Source: an uncultured Sphingomonadaceae bacterium
GTDB taxonomy: Bacteria; Pseudomonadota; Alphaproteobacteria; Sphingomonadales; Sphingomonadaceae
Reading direction: 5' to 3'
Length of the DNA: 64,000 nt
NCBI GenBank assembly: GCA_938050045.1
Contig: CALLJS010000004.1
Coordinates: 7,434 to 71,433 of the forward strand
Numbering within the stretch: the first letter of the stretch is position 1; every line of letters begins with the position of its first letter. The notes beneath the pieces are model-generated. The model had not been told where the DNA came from and did not search any database. It saw only the letters and a list, made by a program, of their open reading frames with translations. Both the position numbers and the translations under genes were made by a program. Positions 57,067-64,000 of the stretch are shown piece after piece.

Positions 57067-58567
57067 ACCGACCATCTTGATAATTGAAGATATTGCTTCG
57101 CTATCTTTGGCATATGCAGGGGATTTAGAAAGTGCTGGTTTTCAATCGATCATCGTTGATAGTCTTGCGCAGGCTAATGAACAAATAAAAAGCAATGCAA
57201 ATGGCTTTGATGCCATCTTGCTTGATCTGCAACTGCCCGATGGCAATGGTTTAGATTGGCTGAGAGAAAATGAAGCGTTTGTTGCCAATAATGCTATCAT
57301 TGTAGCGACAGCCGATGGTTCAATAAACCGTGCGATTGATGCGATGCGTCTTGGTGCTTATGATTTTATGGTCAAGCCACTGGCGCCTGCTCGTTTGGTC
57401 GCAGCGGTCGAAAGCGCTCTAAAAAATAACAGTAAAGCCGATAATATCCCGCAAGAATTGGCGTCACCCGTTCATAAAAATGGTTTCGCGGGCTTTGTTG
57501 GTAACAGCCCCCCCATGCGTAATATTTACAAGCAAATAGAGAATATTAGCCGATCAAAAGCGACAATTTTCATAACAGGTGAGAGCGGCACAGGCAAAGA
57601 AGTTTGCGCCGATGCTATTCATAGCAGCGGCCCGCGCGGCAAAAAGCCTTTTGTTGCTATTAACTGTGGTGCGATTCCCGAAGATTTGATGGAATCTGAA
57701 CTTTTTGGTCATTTGAAAGGATCTTTCACGGGTGCCATTTCTGATCGTGTCGGGGCTGTTCAGGCCGCGCATGGCGGGACATTATTTTTGGATGAAATTT
57801 GTGAAATGGAATTGAAGCTCCAAGTGAAATTATTACGCTTCATTCAAACGGGAACAGTACAGCGCGTTGGTGCGACCAAAACAGAGAATGTCGATGTCCG
57901 TATTATCTGTGCGACCAACCGCGATCCGCAATCCGAAGTAACAGCAGGACGTTTTAGAGAAGATCTATATTATCGTTTGGCCGTTGTCCCGATTGAATTG
58001 CCCGCATTGCGCTCGCGCGGCGATGATATTATATTGCTCGCCAATGAATTTTTGACGCGATATGCCGAAGAAGAAGGCAAGAAATTTTCAACTATGGAAC
58101 CATCCTTAGTGCAAGCATTGCAAATGCACCAATGGCCCGGCAATGTTCGTGAGTTGCAAAATTTGATGCGCCGCGCGGCGGTTATGTATGCGGGGCCAAC
58201 GTTAGGAACAGAAATATTACCCGAATTTATTCCGCCCAAAGAAATTGACCGTATTCAATCCGAACCATTACAGATTAATCCAGCAAATCTAGAAGCAGCG
58301 GCGATGCAAGCCATTGAGTCCGCCAATCAAATGGCGACGCTCACCAATATGGATTGGATGGATGGCCGCACTTTGGATCAGATAGAGCAAATGGTTGTCG
58401 AACAAGCGATAGAAAAATGCGGTGGGAGCGTTACTAAAGCTGCGAAAATTTTGGATGTCAGCCCATCAACCCTCTATCGCAAGCGCGAAAAATGGATGGT
58501 GGATGGAGAAGCTATGGTTGATTTAGAGCAGGTTGATGTGCGCCATTTATCAAAATTACGTTCATAA
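57059..58567 (+). CDS. Sigma-54-dependent response regulator, LuxO/NtrC-like (REC, AAA+, Fis-type HTH)
   Basis: REC domain (IIEDIASLSLAY..., LLDLQLPDGNG). Walker A GESGTGKE. GSFTGA (GAFTGA variant), LFLDEI, and C-terminal HTH (KAAKILDVSPSTLYRK). 8-nt overlap with hnoX. Confidence 0.9.
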   Translation: MPKPTILIIEDIASLSLAYAGDLESAGFQSIIVDSLAQANEQIKSNANGFDAILLDLQLPDGNGLDWLRENEAFVANNAIIVATADGSINRAIDAMRLGAYDFMVKPLAPARLVAAVESALKNNSKADNIPQELASPVHKNGFAGFVGNSPPMRNIYKQIENISRSKATIFITGESGTGKEVCADAIHSSGPRGKKPFVAINCGAIPEDLMESELFGHLKGSFTGAISDRVGAVQAAHGGTLFLDEICEMELKLQVKLLRFIQTGTVQRVGATKTENVDVRIICATNRDPQSEVTAGRFREDLYYRLAVVPIELPALRSRGDDIILLANEFLTRYAEEEGKKFSTMEPSLVQALQMHQWPGNVRELQNLMRRAAVMYAGPTLGTEILPEFIPPKEIDRIQSEPLQINPANLEAAAMQAIESANQMATLTNMDWMDGRTLDQIEQMVVEQAIEKCGGSVTKAAKILDVSPSTLYRKREKWMVDGEAMVDLEQVDVRHLSKLRS

Positions 58568-58574
58568 AATTGAT

Positions 58575-60539
58575 TTAGTCAGCCGCAATCACAGCGATTT
58601 GTGCACTGGCTAAATTTTCTTGCCCAAGGATATAATTGCCGCCGTTCCAAGGATTATATATATCACCAAGATTAATCATTTTACAGCCATAGTTAAAGAT
58701 ATAATAATATCCGTCTTTGCGGCGAATGCGCAAGTCTTCGGGTAATATTATCGGCTCTGCATCGGTTAGCTTTAACAGATCGATGAAGATATTGTGCAGT
58801 AAAGCATCGTCGGGCCAAGCGCTGCAATAATAGATATTATCTTGGCGGCATAATATCGCATTGCCATTATGACATTGTTCCACCACTTCGGCGCTGCCAA
58901 TGATATGCTCTATCCAATGATCGATACGAAAATCATCCCCATGGCGCGAGGTGCCAAAATGATGCAACCCATCTCGCATGCTCTCGACATGTGTGACTTT
59001 AATATCGATTAATTGTTGCAATGGGCCAGGTGCTAAATTTTCAGGGATAGAAAAATCTTTGGTTTTGCTGCCGCTCCTAGGGCCAAACATCACGGGTATA
59101 TCGAGGTTTTTTACTTTTGCGATAAAGCCATCGTCAATAATCGGCATAGAGGGGATGATGAGCATCGCATAACCGTCTAAATCCGCGTCTTGCGCTATAA
59201 TATCAACATTAAGCCCTAATCGGCGCAAAGCGCAATAATGTTCAAATATCAGCCATAAATATTGAAAGCTTTGGCCCTGTGGTTGGTTTTCAAACAGCCA
59301 TTGCGCTTCATATGAAAAATGCAGCGCGACGGTTTGAGATTCTTGAACCATATTTTCGCGCGCATTAGTGAGGATGCTGATCTCCTCTGCCGCTTGGCGC
59401 GCTTCTATGGCACCTTGGGCTTCTTCGCCATCGGGGCGCAGCAATCCTGCATGCATTTGTTCTTGCGCAAAGGGCAGTTGCCGCCATCTGAAATAGGAAC
59501 AAAAATCAGCTCCATGCGCCATAGCCTCTATTGTCCATAATCGCACCATACCATCGAGGGGGGCTGGGTTATGATGCGCCCAATTAACGGGGCCCGCTTG
59601 TTGTTCCATCACGCCCCATTTTGCAGAGCAGCCGCGATAGAGATCATGATGAAAAGCCGCAATGTCAGGATGGCCTTGCCGCGCAAATTTATTTTTATCT
59701 TCTTCGCTAAATGGGAACATATCTAAAAAACCAAGCGGGTAGCTATCCCATGTTGCAATGTCTAAATCATCGCCCACTTTATGGTGATCAAAATCTGTAT
59801 AGAAACCCATGAAATTATGGATGATGTTACGATCGGGTGAATATTTATTGATAATCTGGGTTTGAATTTTATTGAAGGACACGACTTCATCGGAGGCAAA
59901 TCTTCGATAATCCAACAGATGGGCAGGATTGGCTTCTGTGACAATATGGTCGGGTAAATCAATCGAATCAAAGCTTTGATACTCCATGCTCCAAAACACA
60001 TTACCCCAAGCGGTGTTTAAGCTATCAATAGTATCATATTTATTCGACAACCATTCACGAAAACGCGACAAAGCGGCGACAGAATAGCTGAGCACCGTAT
60101 CATGGCAGCCATATTCATTATCGGTCTGCCAGCCCATAATCGCATCATGCTGACCATAGCGTTCCGCCATAGCTTGGGTGATGCGCGCGCATTCTTTGCG
60201 ATAGGGCAAGTGCGAAAAACAATAATGACGCCGCGATCCAAATTTGCGCGGGTTGCCATTTTCATCGATCGCGATCATATCGGGCATAGTATCAACCAGC
60301 CATTTTGGCGGGGTTGCGGTAGGGGTGCCTAATATGATTTTCAGCCCAGTTTTGGCCAAGCTCTCAATAGCGCGATCTAGCCAATCCCAATCATATTGAC
60401 GATGCTTTGGTTCCATGCGGCTCCATGCAAATTCGCCGATACGCACCAATTCCAAGCCCATTTCGCGCATGTGGAGCGCATTATTATCCCATTCATTTTC
60501 GGGCCAATGTTCGGGATAATAACAACATCCTAATTTCAT
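58575..60539 (-). CDS. GH42-family beta-galactosidase
   Basis: MKLGCCYYPEHWPE N-terminus, WQTDNEYG catalytic acid/base region, about 650 aa three-domain size. Confidence 0.9.
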   Translation of the reverse strand: MKLGCCYYPEHWPENEWDNNALHMREMGLELVRIGEFAWSRMEPKHRQYDWDWLDRAIESLAKTGLKIILGTPTATPPKWLVDTMPDMIAIDENGNPRKFGSRRHYCFSHLPYRKECARITQAMAERYGQHDAIMGWQTDNEYGCHDTVLSYSVAALSRFREWLSNKYDTIDSLNTAWGNVFWSMEYQSFDSIDLPDHIVTEANPAHLLDYRRFASDEVVSFNKIQTQIINKYSPDRNIIHNFMGFYTDFDHHKVGDDLDIATWDSYPLGFLDMFPFSEEDKNKFARQGHPDIAAFHHDLYRGCSAKWGVMEQQAGPVNWAHHNPAPLDGMVRLWTIEAMAHGADFCSYFRWRQLPFAQEQMHAGLLRPDGEEAQGAIEARQAAEEISILTNARENMVQESQTVALHFSYEAQWLFENQPQGQSFQYLWLIFEHYCALRRLGLNVDIIAQDADLDGYAMLIIPSMPIIDDGFIAKVKNLDIPVMFGPRSGSKTKDFSIPENLAPGPLQQLIDIKVTHVESMRDGLHHFGTSRHGDDFRIDHWIEHIIGSAEVVEQCHNGNAILCRQDNIYYCSAWPDDALLHNIFIDLLKLTDAEPIILPEDLRIRRKDGYYYIFNYGCKMINLGDIYNPWNGGNYILGQENLASAQIAVIAAD

Positions 60540-60586
60540 ATGATAAGAAACTTTCTATGATTTAAGATGGTGATATATTGCTGATG

Positions 60587-62104
60587 CTAAATGTCAAATG
60601 ATACCCCTTGCGCTAGGGGTAAGTCAGCGGAATAGTTGATGGTATTGGTGGCGCGGCGCATATAGGCTTTCCAAGCATCGCTGCCAGATTCGCGGCCTCC
60701 GCCCGTTTCTTTTTCACCGCCAAAAGCACCGCCAATTTCCGCGCCCGAAGTGCCGATATTGACATTGGCAATACCGCAATCACTGCCCATTGCGCTTAAA
60801 AATGTCTCCGCCTCACGCAGATTAAGCGTGAAAATAGCAGAGGATAAACCAGCGCCGACAGCATTTTGCGATGCTATTGCATCGTTCAAATCGGTATAAC
60901 GCATAATGTATAAAATAGGCGCAAAAGTTTCCTGCATTACAACGCCTTTTTGTGCCTTTATTTCGGCCAAAGCAGGACGCACATAATAAGCAGTATCATG
61001 CGGCGTTTCAAAGCGATTACCGCCGACGATTTGCGCGCCTTCTTCTCTTGCCTTATCAAGAGATTTTTGCATATTATCAAAGGCTTCTTTATCAATAAGC
61101 GGGCCAACCAATGCATCGCTAGCCAGCGGATCGCCGATACTTATGCTTTGATATGCGCTTTTGAGGCGCGGCACAATTTCATCATAAACATCGTCATGCA
61201 CAAATAGTCTGCGCGTCGAAGTACAGCGCTGCCCTGCTGTTCCCATTGCACCAAAAGCGGCTGCATTTGTCGCCATTTCCAGATCAGCAGAGGGCGCGAT
61301 TATCATTGCATTATTGCCACCGAGTTCGAGGATGGTTTTGCCGAAACGTGCAGCGACTTTTGGCCCAACTTCGCGGCCCATTCGGGTCGAGCCTGTGGCC
61401 GAAATAAGCGCGACATCATGATGTTCGACCATCGCATTACCAATATCGCCAGCACCGATAATAAGCTGTGATAACCCTTGCGGTGCAGCCTCTCCTGATT
61501 GGGCGAATTTTTCTAGGGCGCGGTCTAATATAGCATGGCATGCCATTGCGGTGAGCGGTGTTTTTTCCGATGGTTTCCAGATGATGCTATTGCCGGTAAC
61601 CAATGCCAATGCGCTGTTCCATGACCAAACGGCGACGGGGAAATTAAAGGCTGATATGATACCAACCACGCCAAGCGGATGCCAATTTTCCATCATGCGA
61701 TGGCCAGGGCGTTCGGATACGATGGTGAGACCATATAATTGGCGCGATAAGCCGACAGCAAAATCGCAAATATCGATCATCTCTTGGACTTCGCCAAGTC
61801 CTTCGGAGGGAATTTTGCCTGCTTCTATGCTGACTAATCGGCCCAATGCATCTTTATGGCTGCGCAATTCTTCGCCCAATAAACGCAGCAATTCTCCGCG
61901 TCTTGGCGCAGGAATATTGCGCCAAATATGCGCTGCATTTTTGGCATTTGCTATCAGTGCATTCATCTCCTCCAACCGCGTTTGTTGGACTTGCGCGATT
62001 GTCTCTCCGGTTAGCGGCGAAGAAACGATTAGATCGCCTTTTTGCAGATCATTATCTGCGCCAATAGTTTTGAAAATATTGGCAACCTCTTGGGCGTATT
62101 TCAT
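60587..62104 (-). CDS. ALDH7-type aldehyde dehydrogenase (piperideine-6-carboxylate / aminoadipate semialdehyde dehydrogenase-like)
   Basis: ELGGNNA and GTAGQRCTSTRRLFVH closely resemble the ALDH7 active-site region. Confidence 0.8.
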   Translation of the reverse strand: MKYAQEVANIFKTIGADNDLQKGDLIVSSPLTGETIAQVQQTRLEEMNALIANAKNAAHIWRNIPAPRRGELLRLLGEELRSHKDALGRLVSIEAGKIPSEGLGEVQEMIDICDFAVGLSRQLYGLTIVSERPGHRMMENWHPLGVVGIISAFNFPVAVWSWNSALALVTGNSIIWKPSEKTPLTAMACHAILDRALEKFAQSGEAAPQGLSQLIIGAGDIGNAMVEHHDVALISATGSTRMGREVGPKVAARFGKTILELGGNNAMIIAPSADLEMATNAAAFGAMGTAGQRCTSTRRLFVHDDVYDEIVPRLKSAYQSISIGDPLASDALVGPLIDKEAFDNMQKSLDKAREEGAQIVGGNRFETPHDTAYYVRPALAEIKAQKGVVMQETFAPILYIMRYTDLNDAIASQNAVGAGLSSAIFTLNLREAETFLSAMGSDCGIANVNIGTSGAEIGGAFGGEKETGGGRESGSDAWKAYMRRATNTINYSADLPLAQGVSFDI

Positions 62105-62115
62105 AAATTATCTCC

Positions 62116-63180
62116 TTATGCTTCGCTCGCATATAATGATCCTGTCGGCGTTGCGATAAAATCATCAAAGCTTATATCTTCTTGTTTCAAAAAACCATGA
62201 TCGGGTAATTTCCCATCGCGCACCATTTCAATTATGGCGACAACCGATGATGCCGTTGTCCATGCGATGGCTGTGCGCATTGTACCTGCGATTAATTTTG
62301 GGCGATAGCCGCGAACAAATTCTTCGCGCGCTGGGCGACCATCTTGCTCGCCTTCTGCGCTGATATGGACATAAACAATATCATCTCTGACGGGGGGTTT
62401 TGCATGCACCAAAATTTCGCCTGCTTCTTCGCGGCGTTGACGCATGAGTAATTCGTGGAAAAAGAAATTCATCAATTTCATATGCCCTGGATAACGCATA
62501 GTTTTATAATCTAAATTGGCAACTTTGCCATGGAACGTCTCGCACATAGTACCCAACCCGCCAGAGGTGGTGAAAGCTTCTAACTCTACCCCGTCAATAT
62601 AAATAGTCTCTAGCCATTCCATCGATGATACGGTCTTACGCTCTCCGCTCTCAATCACTTCGCAATCGTTGAGATATTCATTGACCACGCCAGCAGGCGA
62701 CCAATTAAATGCATAGCCCATCAGACCAGTCGGATTTTGTGGGAGCGCGCCAACGCGCATCCGGCAATTACGAGCAATATCCAATTTGCCGATTAAATTG
62801 CTGCCCACTATGCCAACAAAACCCGGCGCTAACCCGCATTGCGGGGCCATAAGGCCTTTGGATTGCTGGGATAGTTTAATGATAGATTGAGTGGTGGGAA
62901 CATCTTCTGTCAGGTCAAAATAATGGATCGCTGCCGCGCAGGCTTGAACGGCAAGTTTAGCGTTAAGATCATATGGCAAACAAGATAGGATGGCATCGAC
63001 ATCGCCCAATAAATTTTCTACTAAAACATCATCATTCAAATCTATTGCGCGCGTTTCAAATTCATAGTCTTGCAGGGCCGTATGTTGATCCACGCCGATT
63101 ACTTGAAACCCTGAATCATGTAGCATTACGGCTGCTAATGACCCAACATTGCCCAATCCTAAGACTGCTATTTTTTTCAT
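62116..63180 (-). CDS. Saccharopine dehydrogenase-family NAD(P) oxidoreductase (possible L-lysine 6-dehydrogenase)
   Basis: MKKIAVLGLGNVGS Rossmann motif. Family assignment is by eye. 11-nt gap to the ALDH7-type gene. Confidence 0.65.
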   Translation of the reverse strand: MKKIAVLGLGNVGSLAAVMLHDSGFQVIGVDQHTALQDYEFETRAIDLNDDVLVENLLGDVDAILSCLPYDLNAKLAVQACAAAIHYFDLTEDVPTTQSIIKLSQQSKGLMAPQCGLAPGFVGIVGSNLIGKLDIARNCRMRVGALPQNPTGLMGYAFNWSPAGVVNEYLNDCEVIESGERKTVSSMEWLETIYIDGVELEAFTTSGGLGTMCETFHGKVANLDYKTMRYPGHMKLMNFFFHELLMRQRREEAGEILVHAKPPVRDDIVYVHISAEGEQDGRPAREEFVRGYRPKLIAGTMRTAIAWTTASSVVAIIEMVRDGKLPDHGFLKQEDISFDDFIATPTGSLYASEA

Positions 63181-63315
63181 AATCCGTCCCCCTTTATAAT
63201 CGGATAAGATGCTATTTATCTGTGCATTATTCCAAAAGAGTTTTAATTACAAATGATACTTTTCTAGATGATTATAGGGTCTCATCATTTTACTTATTGA
63301 GTTGCCTTACTCAAT

Positions 63316-64000
63316 TTATTTATTCAGGCGTCCCGTGATTAATCCATCGACCAATGATGGGTCGGCAAGCGTAGAAGTATCGCCCAATGAACCATAATCA
63401 TTTTCAGCAATTTTGCGCAAAATTCTGCGCATGATTTTACCAGAGCGTGTTTTGGGCAGAGCAGGGGTGAAATGCAGATGATCTGGAGTGGCTATCGGGC
63501 CAATGTCTTGGCGAACATGATTGCACAAAATAGCGGATAATTCATCATCGCTCTCTACACCTGCGTTCAGCGTTACATAGCAATAAATGCCTTGCCCCTT
63601 GATGTCATGCGGATAACCAACCACTGCTGCTTCGGCGACCAACGGGTGCGACACCAATGCGCTTTCAATCTCGGCGGTGCCCATACGATGCCCTGATACG
63701 TTGATGACATCATCGATACGGCCTGTAATCCAATAATAATCATCGTCATCGCGGCGGCATCCATCGCCTGTAAAATATTTGCCTTTATAGGTTGCAAAAT
63801 AAGTCTGCACAAACCGTTCATGATCGCCATAAACCGTGCGCGCTTGGCCAGGCCAGCTTGCGGTAATACACAGATTACCATCGGTGGCCCCTTCAAGCAC
63901 ATTACCCTCATTATCAACCAGTTGCGGCTGGATACCAAAAAATGGTTTGCCCGCGCTGCCCGGTTTCATAGCGTGCGCGTTGGGCAGGGTGGTTATCATC
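63316..64000 (-). CDS. acs: Acetyl-CoA synthetase, C-terminal part only (gene runs off the window end)
   Basis: [48 protein letters not shown] and [18 protein letters not shown] are canonical Acs C-terminal motifs. The frame is open to base 64000. Confidence 0.95.
   Translation of the reverse strand, partial: MITTLPNAHAMKPGSAGKPFFGIQPQLVDNEGNVLEGATDGNLCITASWPGQARTVYGDHERFVQTYFATYKGKYFTGDGCRRDDDDYYWITGRIDDVINVSGHRMGTAEIESALVSHPLVAEAAVVGYPHDIKGQGIYCYVTLNAGVESDDELSAILCNHVRQDIGPIATPDHLHFTPALPKTRSGKIMRRILRKIAENDYGSLGDTSTLADPSLVDGLITGRLNK

Noticed and set aside
61551-62159. 202-aa plus-strand ORF opposite the ALDH gene
   Set aside because: It is the antisense of a strongly supported ALDH7-type frame.

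Overview
This 64-kb chromosomal segment has gene content typical of an alphaproteobacterium. That is an inference from families and local synteny (helicase-S4-FdxA block, CobT, UbiK/BMFP, YbjN, TspO). It looks moderately AT-rich by eye. About 57 protein-coding genes are supported. I found no rRNA, tRNA, CRISPR array, transposase or integrase.

Bases 1-38,500 are mostly housekeeping: lysA (5' partial), a CysG-like gene, proC, an amidase, paired PaaI thioesterases, an M16 peptidase, clpB, an NlpD-like peptidase, a K+ channel, rimO, a Suv3-like helicase, fdxA, a LytS/LytTR pair, tadA, rpmB, cysS and cobT.

Bases 38,600-56,200 are a more AT-rich, two-module surface-polysaccharide locus. It carries GT4, PAP2, a TagF-like enzyme, two Wzx-like flippases, a GT26-phosphoglycosyltransferase fusion, two GT2, another GT4, a Wzy-like protein, a chain-length protein and Wza. 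A soluble hybrid histidine kinase with a fused HPt domain sits inside the locus.

The locus is followed by an H-NOX gene that overlaps a LuxO-like sigma-54 activator gene. After that come a GH42 beta-galactosidase, a lysine-catabolism pair and acs (3' part only).

Main candidate system: both divergent intergenic regions of the polysaccharide locus have the same architecture. Each has back-to-back -24/-12 (sigma-54) promoter motifs flanking phased TTGCA-W3-TGCAA palindromes, which is the form of box I recall for Vibrio LuxO. This suggests an H-NOX (NO/gas) to hybrid kinase-HPt to LuxO-like activator circuit wired directly to polysaccharide assembly and export and to its own operon.

Second candidate: an AT-rich orphan cassette at 4,985-7,019 encoding a 48-aa peptide plus two cupin/HEAT-like proteins of matching architecture.

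The window also contains an unusual number of short perfect tandem duplications (12-21 bp units), both between genes and in frame within genes.
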